DNA from: Psammoneis japonica
Lineage: Eukaryota
Reading direction: 5' to 3'
NCBI GenBank assembly: GCA_008632985.1
Contig: QPGO01000061.1
Coordinates: 186,001-250,000 of the forward strand
DNA length: 64,000 nucleotides
Part shown: positions 26,958 to 38,108 of the stretch, piece by piece
Position numbering within the stretch: the first letter of the stretch is position 1
Layout: each line of letters begins with the position of its first letter
Translations under genes and position numbers: made by a program
Notes under the pieces: model-generated
What the model saw: only the letters and a program-made list of their open reading frames with translations
What the model was told of the DNA's origin: nothing
The model's database searches: none

Positions 26958-29900
26958 CCCCCGTGAAGATTTTCGTCTGTTTTTTGTCCGTTCGTGCCCA
27001 CAGGGGCACGAAAGGAGGCTACGTAGGACTGTGCCAGCAAATCCTGTAGATGCACGTTTCCATGCCAACAAGATTCATGAACCTCTCAAACGAAAAGAGA
27101 CAATGGCGTTCGTTCTGGATCAACGCCATAGTTGCCACGTCTGAAACCGCAGCGCGCCGCTTTTCTGCTCGTAGACTTGTACGCTGTCCTGGTACAAAGG
27201 TCATTGCATGCACAGAGTCTACGATGAGGTCACACTGAAGGAAGAATTCTCGAATTTGAATTCTCAGCAATCAACCGAGTTTGTTTACTTTCTATTTTTT
27301 TATGCTGCCAACCAAGTCTTACAATCACACATCCCTGATTCTACCTGCATAAGACGACACTGAGATTTCAGTCCACACATGAGTTCACTTGCACCAATGG
27401 ATGAATCGGCGTTGTGCTCGGTGACGACGTCCGAATCAGATTGGGTGGAGCATTTCAATCCAACAGAGGACTTGAATTTTTGCGACGAGGATCTCCACTT
27501 GATTGAGGACAGCTTGATGGATGAGCATGATAGAACCGAGCAGTCAAAGGACCGTCCAAAATGGAAAGTGGACAATGATGGGAAAGATGTTAAGATTGCC
27601 TTTAGCCAAGCTCCCCAAAAGGTGTGGGAGACGGCCAAAGCCGAGATTACAGAGTGTCAAGGTCATTCAGAATGGTTCCAAGGACGCAAGCATGCATTGA
27701 CCTCCTCTGGTTCTGATGCTCAAGTTTCAGTTCACCTTAGATTGGACAAAGCGCGAGAGCAGAGGCAGTCGCATTGGGTGTGCCTTGAGAAGCATCTCGA
27801 CACGGCATCTGGTGTCGAAGATTTGGTGTGTCAAAATGATGACGATGATGCGGCACCGGCTCAGAATGACAATGATGATGCCACTGCACAATCCAATCCA
27901 ATGACTGTTGGTGAAGGGAATGCTGCTGGCTCAGAGGACACCGATGATGATGACATTGTAGATTGGGCTGAGTTGGAAAAACACTTAGATTCAGACATGG
28001 AAGAGGAGGAGCGGATTTCTGTTATCGAGAGTCGCCGTTGGGAAGCAAAGGAGGCGTTGAAGAAAGCAAAGGAAATTCTTAGTGATGCAGTTGACTCCAC
28101 CAAACGAAATGAGGTGTTGCGAGCCAAACTAATGTCGGAGTTGAAAGCTGGCGAGCACAAGGATCTCCTGAAGGCGTTCGTCAAACAAATGGGGTGGAAG
28201 GTTTGTAAGACGCACAAGGCAAACCTGAAAAACGCAGTTACGTGGCTAGAGTGTACCCCCGCCTCTCGACCCTACATCGTGCTGAACAAGGAGCAACTGA
28301 AGGTAAGCATGTGCAATTGCTGCTACTGACATTATTTTACTATAGATCTAACCGAGTCGCTCCGAACCATTATTTGCTGACAAAGGCAAAATACCGAGAA
28401 TGCATTAACAGCACGATACCGTCGAGTGTGACAAAAAACGATGACTTCATAGCGATTCTGAGCGGTGAAGTCTCCGCACCAGTTGCAAGAGATGGCGATA
28501 GTGAGCCAAAAACGCCACTGGAAGCAATGGTGAAAACCACTTTTCTTCCACCACTCAAAGGTGAGGCGGCGGAGCTCTGTAGATTGGGACATGAGATGGA
28601 AGAACAGTGCGGAAAAGATTTTCTTGGTGTTGCAAGCGGCGAAGGAGTGCGACTCGAAAACAGATCCGTATTTGTTGCAAACAATCTCTTCAGAGCCGGC
28701 CTGCTACAGAAGCAAAATCGCCCTTATCAAAAGGACAGTCCAGACTTCCTCTGCACTGGAACAATAGACGATAAGCGAATCGTAGCGGTTGTCGAGATGA
28801 AGGCGCGTTGCAAATCTACTACCGCCGCCAAGGAGCGTCAGCGCATCTCCGAAGTTGGTGAATTTTCGTTTGTATCATGTGATTCGCCTGAGTTACGCAA
28901 GTTCATACTTAAACGTTCAGAGGCAGTTCAGGTGAGCTGATGCACGGAATAACTATTTGATACTGTCGTTGTAACGGTAACTCACCTCAGTCTCCACGAC
29001 TTCCTCGCTACAGTGCGCTCATCATGCAAGCACCCTTGGAGTCAACCACGTCATTCTTGCCACTGGAGACAGAGTAGGCCTTACAGCAATGGTGGTTATT
29101 GAGTGCTCCGACGAGTTCCTTGAAAACTACGAAAAGTGCATCAACGACATGTACGAGTCGGCATTGAAGTGGGCGTACGAGGAGGGCGTCGACATTCCAA
29201 CCGAAGAGCTCAAGGCTGCTGTGAAAACTGCACGAGTAAAGGTGGACTATGAGTCATTTATGAAATCAATTTACTTTTGGAAAGAACTGACGAAGCCTCA
29301 GTACTTACCACTCCCACCGTGCGAGAGGATCATTCCCATGCAGGATGCGTACTGGAACAACACCAAGCATGGGTCGGACGTCAAAACCCAGTACTGCCAA
29401 AACCTATCAGCCCCAATTCCTGTCACATCTGCCGGAGCTAAGGCATACGACCGCATGCAAATGACAGCACTATCCGACATCCACAAAGGCGCTACCATGT
29501 TTATTACCAAGGAAGATCTCAACCAGTGCAATTCCCTTCACGACTTCAGAGACGATGCAAAGCACAAGATGAGCTTCAGAAAAGCACTCCTTCGATTGTC
29601 TAAGTTTTTCAAGAAGCTGAGCCAGCAAAATCTCCAAAGTGGAATTGGTTCTCCTTCGTCTTTTACAGGGATCGTTACACCATCACCAGCAACTCCAGTA
29701 CAGCCGCCGAGGTGGATGCGCGGTGAAATTCAAAAGGAACCAACCAATTTTGTAGCAAAAGGAACTGGAAAGTCTCCCAAGCGCTCTCACCTAGAAGCTC
29801 TACTGAAACCAAAGGACAGTTCTGAAGAGGTCCCTTCCAAGCGATTCAAGAGTTGTCGGGGTGTACCTGTGTTCAGAGCAAATGAAAACAATGGAAGTAA

Positions 29901-30368
29901 GAAAGGGAGTGGAGCTTTGGCGCGATGTATCATGTGCGACTCCAAGACACATTGGTATTGCTCTGGCTGTCGTCAATGGTATTGTTGCGATAGTCCCCGT
30001 CCGCAAAGCGCTGGAGTCCCATACTTTCAAGATTCGTCAACGTACCGTGATGGGAAAAACAGGGATCGACCAATCGCCGGCGTGTACACATGCTTTATGC
30101 ACTGTCACCCATCCATTGTGAACCAGGGATAGTAATATGTATTTGTATTTAGTGAATATATCATCTTTTTTGACCACCGGCGTAATTGTAGTACTTTGGA
30201 ATATCATTTGTTGACAAGACGAGCGTTGTGTTGATGCTTTATCAATGAGAGCCGGTGTTTGTTTTGCACGTACAACTCGGTATGAAACCTACAGGGGGCG
30301 TCGTTCGTGCCCACAGGAGCACGAACTTTTGCGTTCGTGCCCACACGCGCACGAAACTATCACGCGGG
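26958..30368 (+). mobile_element. piggyBac-like DNA transposon (3411 bp) carrying a YqaJ-like nuclease domain
   Basis: TTAT|cccccgtgaagattttcgt ... acgaaactatcacgcggg|TTAT, an imperfect TIR with CCC/GGG ends. Hairpin subterminal motif ttcgtgcccac....gcacgaa at 26991, 30304 and 30334. One spliced ORF inside. Confidence 0.75.
27379..30132 (+). CDS. Element-encoded protein (about 862 aa; exons 27379-28302, 28386-28931, 29014-30132): YqaJ/lambda-exonuclease-like PD-(D/E)xK domain plus piggyBac-like C-terminus and Cys-rich domain
   Basis: GT-AG introns 28303-28385 and 28932-29013 join three ORFs in frame. YqaJ-like motifs: LGHEME, AGLL, DSPDF, VVEMKAR and Q-CAHH. WNNTKHGSDVKTQ resembles piggyBac YNxxKGGVDxxDQ. 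CIMC..KTHWYCSGCRQWYC...CFMHCH resembles the piggyBac CRD. Confidence 0.75.
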
Positions 30369-30940
30369 TTATGGTGGGTGGAAATCATCGCCCATGACAA
30401 TCACAACAACGAACTCGCTCTGACCCACAGAAAGATGGCAGCCTCCAACGAGAAGAGGCAGAGCAATGTACTAAATTGCTTTTCATTGCCGACAATATGA
30501 TGACTTTGAGCGACATGAGGCTATCCGAACCATCGTGTCAGTGATGACGTCAACCGCGTCAATGCCAATCTCACCGCTCATCAATCGTGTGTCACACACC
30601 GCTTCTCCAAGATTCTACGACAGGACAGCCGTATGGAAAGCAAAACAGGTGTTACTCGGGCGAATAAATGAGAACCCTTATTCCCGCCATTTTTTCCTAT
30701 GACAGCTGTCGTCGATTCTACGCACCGGTATCGTACAAGGTGTTACGACATGACTGAGCATCGCGAAATCGACTTCTCATCCTTCTCATAATTTTTTTTC
30801 CATTTTCCTTTTAGCAAAAACACTTTCTCAACAAACAGGTACGTTCTCTGGAAGCATGAACGAGTCACAACAAATCAAATCACCATCTCTCTAACGAAGG
30901 AAACATACCTGGTCCTAATTTGTACCCAGCGTGGACTATC

Positions 30941-33021
30941 ATGAGCATGTATCTTGCCAGTTCTGCAGGAGGCAGCGACGCGTCGACTGCCTCTTCAAGT
31001 AACACGGCTCCAAATCAAAATGCAGTGACGACAGCCACCACCATCCAGGCTCCTGAAAATGAAAGGATCTCTGGTGACATCTATCACCAAACCCAACCGT
31101 ATATGGAGTCCGTACCAGAAACAATGGACCCTGAATACGCAGTTGTGGATGTCTCACTGGATGAAGAACGCGCCATGGAACAGCCTCCAAAAGAACCAGA
31201 GACCAAAGAGGAGGAAAAAGGCTTTTGGACCCGCCGTAACAAGATCATTGTCGGAGTATTGGGGTCGATAGTTCTTGTTGGTGCCATTGTTGGAGTTGCT
31301 GTTGGCGTTAGCAGCTCTGGTGGTTCCTCATCCACTGAAAAACCACGAGAGGAAGTATCTACTAGCGCTGTCGAAGGCACCAACTTTACCGACGTGTGGC
31401 CTTCAGAAGAAGGCATTGTCATTGGTCCTTCCTATCAGTCTTTTGCCGTCACCACGCTTGCACTGTGTGCTCAGCAGTGTGAGGCTGTGGGTGCTCAAGC
31501 TGGATTCTTCAAGCCCAGCCAAGGCTTAAACGACCCGACAATGTGCGGCTGTGAATTCGACTCCAAGTGCTTGGACCCATCACTAGCGATAACCGGAGCC
31601 CAGGTTTTCTCTCGATTTTCCAAGCCAAGCACGTGCGCAACGTCGTTTTGTGACTTGTCGCCGGATGATTCGGTTTGCACACTATCGTCTACAGAGACGC
31701 CGTCTCCCACTACACAACGCCCTACGACGCCATCTACACTACGTCCAACGTCGTCTACGCTGCCTCCAACTACGGCTCCCTCACCTCCCTCTACTAGCTC
31801 ATCAGCACAGGCAGCAATTTACCATGCGGTTTGGCTTGGTGTGAATGATCCAGACGATTTGTGCGATATTCCGCAGCCTGGATTGGAAGTTTCCTGCGGC
31901 CCTGGCGGTGTGGTAGACTTCCTAAACTCAACGGCCAATGCGCAGTGCTCGACGATTGGCCTTGGTAAACTCAGCTGCGAAGGCGCCTTTAGTGATGATG
32001 ATCCATTAGCACAGGTTGCATACAGTTGTACCGGCACGTCAGAATCAGCTTGGTCGTCCCAAGTAAGCGCCATTGAAGACACATCCGTCAATTGTGACAA
32101 TGAGGGCGCGGCAGGTACCCAATTGTTACTTGCTCAGCTTTGTCCAGGAAAAGACTATGATTTCAATAACATGCAGTGCAATCCGTCAAGTGCTCTTGGC
32201 ACAACGGATGGCGGCGTGGACAACTGCCTCACGTTCAACTCCTGCCGCGCCGCTTCGTGCAATCTGAGCACCCCCGCGGTGTCTTCAAGTTTCACTCCAA
32301 GCTTGGTGTCAAGGGATTGTTTGGTGAACATAGACAGTAACCCTTCGCCACCTCAGACGTCCCCACCAACGCCTGCACCGCTGACTCCTATGAGCGCACT
32401 TTACCAGGCAGACTGGTTGGGGGTATCCAGAGACGCAGAGCTGTGTGGCGATCCAATTCCAGGAATTCTTATTTCTTGCGGGGCAGGGGGCGCAGCTTCA
32501 ATACTCGAAACAACCGACAAGGCCAACTGCGTGATGGTGTCTGGAAAAGAGCAAATACGTTGCTATGCCCTCCCGTCAGAGGATAGTGCCTGGGGTATTC
32601 TTTATTCGTGTCGAGGTGAAACGCCCGCTTCCATGACTACTTCCGTGGAAGTTCTCAGCGATCTCCCTACGTTGTGTCAGGAGGGGGGTGTTTTAGTTAC
32701 TGGCGTCTTTATAGGTAAGTAGTTGAAACTTTGTTGTCATTCATCTTGGGTTTCTATGAGAAAAACTGTAGCTCACGCACTAGCATGGACACAACTGATT
32801 TTGCTTTCCTCATAGGTAAACACTGTCCAGGAACTGATGACGTGGATTACAGCGACATTGAATGCGATCCCAACGACGCTTTCTTTGAAGAACCATCCTC
32901 GGGTCACGGCAGCTGCGTGGCGACCAATACTTGCCTCCAAGAAAAGTGTGCTCTTGCCACTTCTCCAGTAGCAGGGAGTATTCCGGCCTCGTCAATATCT
33001 GATAGCTGCCTCTTCACGTAA
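30941..33021 (+). CDS. Single-pass (type II) membrane protein with Pro/Ser/Thr linkers and two related Cys-rich extracellular repeats; intron 32715-32815
   Basis: TM segment IIVGVLGSIVLVGAIVGVAVGV; repeated AxYxAxWLGV...LC..P.PG...SCG.GG module. A GT-AG intron restores the frame (IG|KHC). Confidence 0.75.
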
Positions 33022-33782
33022 AAGAGATCCTGAATGATTTCTGTTTGTGGCGCCGCATACGATTTCACAATATCATGTTGCATGTTTATTTCACATTTAG
33101 ATTTTAGATATAAGCAGTCACGTCTTTATTATTCTGATTTCCCGTAGTATTGTTGACGGGTTTCACGTATCTAACAGAATAACGCAGCGTTCTTCCGCCT
33201 CGGAACTATCGTGGTACTCGTAGTGCGACGTCTTGTCCTGAGGTGTAGCTTCCGACCGAACGGTCAGAAGGGTAAGGTACGATAATCGAAACTGATTGAA
33301 CGTACAAGTAAGCGTGACCCATCAATATCGATAAGTTGTAAGGCTCCCTTTGAGCGATGAACGATTGTGTTGGTGTTGCCGACTGTCCGCAGAATTGGTG
33401 GCCGTTCACATCACGTCTTCCTTGACATGGTAAACCTCTCTCGTCGTCATTTTGAGTTTAGATATTTGATATATTTCATAATGGTCTAGAAAAATCTTGT
33501 TTACACGAGATTGAGGACTTGGCGGTGCATGGGTAGATACGGAGTTCTTATGTTGAGCATTCGTCTTTGCATGATGGAGTTCTCTACAATGAGTTCCACA
33601 TCCTCCGTCGTCTTGCGACGAAACGAACAGGTGTACACGCCATCAATAGTTCACCAGCATTGGTGGTAGCATAGGAAGACCTTATACTTATATACAGTCA
33701 GTTTGAGAATTGCTGCCTGACTCGGGTTCCGTCGACTCAGCACAATGTGGTTTTCCTGTGACCATAACAACATATCGCTTGA

Positions 33783-35618
33783 TCAATTGTTTACACACAT
33801 CGACTCCCATGCTGTTACTTCCTTTCCAATGAATCCCAATCTATCACCACTCTCGGGGGCCATCCATTGACTTGACGCAATTGGTGACATTCGTGATGGT
33901 TCTTTTTCGAGTGTTTGTAGGCTACGAGAAAGCATGGCGTATGAATGCAAGCGGCTTGAATCAAGACTCTGGGCGACTGATGCCGAGGAAGATGGCAACG
34001 GCGAAATTGACAAGAAGCTTCGTAACCTTGTCCGAGACTCACTGTTAGCCTCGACCAAATCGTGTTTCCGGTGAGGAGGGTCGGGCACTGACTTGGTGCT
34101 TGTCACTTGACCCGTAGGGCTAGAATTGTTATTTCGGCTTCTGCTTCTTGACCAAAAGGACTGTGAATCACTCAGCTCTTCCTCGTTAAGGGATGCAGTA
34201 ACGCGAGTCATTGCAAAAAAGCTTTCAAGCGACTTTGCCTTTTTCTTTTTCTTCTTCTTCTCTCGAGACGCAACGGAGGGCGTGTGAATTTCTCTTGGAA
34301 TCGACAAATCATCGTGTTGCAGCGGGTCACTTCTTGTAGAGGGCGAAGAGGACCACTCGTCCTTGAGAGACTCAAGCTCCTTGTCCATGCGTTTCTTCAG
34401 GGCTTCAATGCCCTCGTCAACAACACTAGTGCCTTGTTTGACTGCAAGTTTTGCTGGCAATTCTTCTTGAGTATCTTGTTGAGGTGCCGAAGACTCTTCT
34501 TGGGTATCTTGTTGAGATTGTTCGTGGTCAACGGAACTAGCCCCGGACATGGAAGAGACAGTTGCTTTTGATTCGTTTAGGTCTAGCATTTTCATAGCGC
34601 CTTTCCACCACGCCGTTATTTTACTAGGCGCGTCGTCTTTTGATTCTTGTTTGCCTTGTACACTGGTATTGTCACTGTCCGTCTTGGTAGTCAGAGCTCG
34701 AACCCGCTCGACTGCTTGGTCTCGTTCCAATTCGATTTCTTGCAGGGACCTTTCCAGTCTAACTTGTTCTCTCACCAATTGCTTCAGAATAGTCGATACT
34801 TCCTTGCCGTAACGGTTCTTCAAGTGACCCCGGAGAAGTCGATTTGTTTTGCTCAGGTCTTCTAGTTTTGCTTTGGCCTCTTCAAGCTTGTGTTTGGAGA
34901 TTGAATATTTCTCTTTCAACCGGATGTTTTCCATTTCCAATTTTTGATATCTCAAGTTGGCATTCTCTCTCATGGAGACTAAAGCATTCTGTACATCTCG
35001 ACACTTATGAACCAGCTCGGCATTGGTGGATGTCTCGAGAGACCGTTGAGATGTCACCGACACGTTGCTGCTCCTACAGCCATCCCTTTGTTTGGACCAG
35101 AAGGACTGATTTCCATCAACCTCTTCCGAATCCAACGAGTTCGTTGCTCTCTCAAAGAACAATTGAAGTGCGCTTTTGCCCTTCTGATCTTGTTGGCTCG
35201 CACCTTCTGTAGGATCAGTGTTGCTCTGCATGTATCTAGGAAGATCAGGAACGAACTTATCATTTGAAAATGCCGATGATTTCGTTCCTTCGTGTCTCCG
35301 TGCACCATCCGTCGCGAAAACATCATTCAACGTTATGCTGTCTTGGTCGTCACAATGATCAGAACGCGGTGGAGCACCTGAAGTAGTCCATTGAGAATTC
35401 TGTTCGACAACGTTTCGAAATTGAGAGGCTCTCTCTGACATTTCGGAGCATGATTGCGACGCCAAAGAGGCGCTGCTACTTGTTCGATAGCTCTGTTCAT
35501 CGTCGTCATCATCAATATGGAGCTGTCGTCGTTCTTCTTTTCTTCGCATGCTGGCCGCCTGAACAGCATCCGCCATTCGCACTAACCGTTCCGCTTTTTC
35601 TTTCACAGTCTCCTCCAT
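33783..35618 (-). CDS. Hypothetical coiled-coil, low-complexity protein
   Basis: Long ORF with normal TA/CG content and a heptad-rich middle (LEMENIRLKEKYSISKHKLEEAKAKLEDL). First ATG at 35618. Confidence 0.7.
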   Translation of the reverse strand: MEETVKEKAERLVRMADAVQAASMRRKEERRQLHIDDDDDEQSYRTSSSASLASQSCSEMSERASQFRNVVEQNSQWTTSGAPPRSDHCDDQDSITLNDVFATDGARRHEGTKSSAFSNDKFVPDLPRYMQSNTDPTEGASQQDQKGKSALQLFFERATNSLDSEEVDGNQSFWSKQRDGCRSSNVSVTSQRSLETSTNAELVHKCRDVQNALVSMRENANLRYQKLEMENIRLKEKYSISKHKLEEAKAKLEDLSKTNRLLRGHLKNRYGKEVSTILKQLVREQVRLERSLQEIELERDQAVERVRALTTKTDSDNTSVQGKQESKDDAPSKITAWWKGAMKMLDLNESKATVSSMSGASSVDHEQSQQDTQEESSAPQQDTQEELPAKLAVKQGTSVVDEGIEALKKRMDKELESLKDEWSSSPSTRSDPLQHDDLSIPREIHTPSVASREKKKKKKKAKSLESFFAMTRVTASLNEEELSDSQSFWSRSRSRNNNSSPTGQVTSTKSVPDPPHRKHDLVEANSESRTRLRSFLSISPLPSSSASVAQSLDSSRLHSYAMLSRSLQTLEKEPSRMSPIASSQWMAPESGDRLGFIGKEVTAWESMCVNN

Positions 35619-36746
35619 TTCGGATTGCGAGGAATAACTGGTGACCGTAGTCGTGCAAGACAGTCCCAGGAAAAACGAAAATGTAAATATCGCCACACCA
35701 CACTCAAAACCTCAACGTGCTTATATTACACTTCCACCTTTCATAAAAACATTGCAGCTTGAAAAAATGGTACTCTGAAACAATAAGCTCGAAGCTATTC
35801 AATGCCAACAAGGAGTGAGATAAGAACTTACAACGATGCGAAGCTCCCGTACAGTAGTGCGACACTGTAGAGCCTTGGGGCGGTGAGCGGTGAATTTCGA
35901 AACGCCACCACAAAAATGACCGATAATGACTCTACGAGTAGCTATGACATCGTTTGTACCATTCGGGACTCCTTCCAATGACCATGACATTTACTCATCA
36001 TGAAGAAATTAAAAGGTATAATAAAACGTCATATAAATCTGATAGACAGTCACTTGAGGCAGAAATGACATAATAATTTCCCAATTTATCCGTCAGTCTT
36101 GCCCTCCTAAATAATTCGAAAAATTTGAAAATTTTAAGGCAATAGTAAACTCTAGGCTGTCCCAATACAATGACCACGGAAACTGGTCACTTATTATGCT
36201 GAACAAGCATCCACTCTTTTTTGACTGTATGACAGATTTGATGTATGCATTTTGTCTATGGAATGATTTTTTGAATTTATCCGTTGACCTTGGATGTCTC
36301 GCTATCCTGCCTAAACGAGTGTCAAATGTCTCGCCACATTGCCTGCTTGAGGTCATTGCACCGGCACACGTCAATTTGCACCTCCGTGTTGAAAGAAATC
36401 CTTGAAAGAAATGACTCGAAAATTCATGCAGAGTTGTGTGGAATGAGGCGGCAACTGCGTTGGCTCTTGTGAGACTGGCCGCATTCGGTCACTCCAGATA
36501 AACAAAAAAGACACAAAGAGGGAGCCACAAACAACTCTTCATGACAACAGGGCCTTTTTCCAACTCAGATTTTACACACACTCACACAAGCTTCCAGCAA
36601 GTGAGACACTTTTTGGTTGAAAAAAGTCAACCCACCCTGGATGCTGGTGGCAAGATCTCCCTCATCATTGCTGCAAAGCACTTTGCTTGGAATGACTTTT
36701 TCATTCAAATCCACAAGTCCCAGCCAGTGGTGTGTGCTGCACACCA

Positions 36747-37564
36747 GACATGACGAGCTCCAGCTTCTCCAGGCACGGGATCTCGCGCTGCCGAGCTGCG
36801 ATGTCGACAGTTTTTTGGATCACGCCACATGTCAGGCATGAGCATTTCTGTGTGACTTTGGTGGAATTTTGCATCATTTTGCAGTGCAGTTGTTGGGCCA
36901 TCCATTCAACAACTTTTTGTGTTTTTTTTCTGCACCATTTTTTCTCAAATGTCCCAAGAATGGCGCAGGGCAGGTGTGGATGTTCAACAACTGCGAGCAT
37001 GGACACCCAAGTGCAAATGTGCTGCAAACTTGGCTGTTTGTTTGTTGTTGAAGACAAACACATCCATCAATTAAGTTCTCACACTGTGGAGCTCGCACGC
37101 AGAACTCTCTGCAGGCCCAATGTCACACGGAGTCCCGCCTGCTGGCGGGGCTGGAACCCATCACGTGTGCTCCTCTCCACCAGCAGCTCCAGGGGAGGCT
37201 TGCACCACTGCACTGCAATGTGAGAGTTTTTTGGCCATGTGTCACCACATGCAAAATCATTGTTCTGCGTTCCCTGTTTTGCCAACAAAAAGGCTTTTTG
37301 TTGCAACCACTCATGATGAGAGCAAAACAGGCCGGGTGTTTCCCTCTGCAATGTCTGGAGAAAGCACGCTGGGCAAAGTGGAAAAACATGTTCTTCAAAT
37401 GTGGAGGAGTTTGCACATTTGAGAAACTGCCTCTTTTTCTGTTGGCAATCAATCGCACATGTGTTCTTGTGTTCTTGACCCAGCACTTTTGCTGCAGTGC
37501 TCAAATGCTCAATTTTGTGGGCCCAATGTGTCACACACAGTCCCACCTGTGGCTGGAGTGTGTC
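36747..37564. mobile_element. Old MITE copy (flanks ACCA/GCCA) with a second copy apparently nested in its left end
   Basis: Interior 37200-37560 aligns with the 53175 and 58945 copies; right TIR tggagtgtgtc. Confidence 0.6.
36752..37162. mobile_element. MITE, same family, converted copy
   Basis: Reverse-orientation match to the 9011 and 10406 copies. TIRs gacgagctcca / tggaacccatc; flanks ACAT/ACGT. Confidence 0.8.
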
Positions 37565-38108
37565 GCCACTGTTTTCTTCTCAACCAGCTCTTCTGAGTTA
37601 TGTTGGCAGGTGCTGGCCCAGCCAGAACTGCAGATTTGGCACCTCTCTGGCACACGGCACACAGGCTGCAGTGTGCGCCACAACTCCAGCAGCTGTTGTG
37701 GAAGAGCAGCTTGCACTTCCCACTGCATTTTTCTGGAGGGTTGGCATCAGGAGGCAACATCCACAAGCTCGCTCCATGATCAGACTTCCAGCTTGCACCC
37801 AATCATTGCCGTCTGGTGCCTCCCACAGACCCCCAGTTGGGAACAACCCTGCTAAAGAGGGCTGGAAACGGAGACGACACACTGGAATGAAATTCCCTCA
37901 GAAACGTACAGTAGATTGGATAAATAACCCAACATAGAAAGGACAGTTAAATGAGTTCATCAGAAATGAGGATTGGATAAAAATCCTGTCAGACGGAAAC
38001 AACACGGTGTCGCATAAAAGCGCCAAAGCCATCACCATCATAGCAACCAGCATAAATTGCCAAGCGTGTTGCTCACAATCGCCGAAAGGCAAACCAGTTG
38101 AGTCTCAA

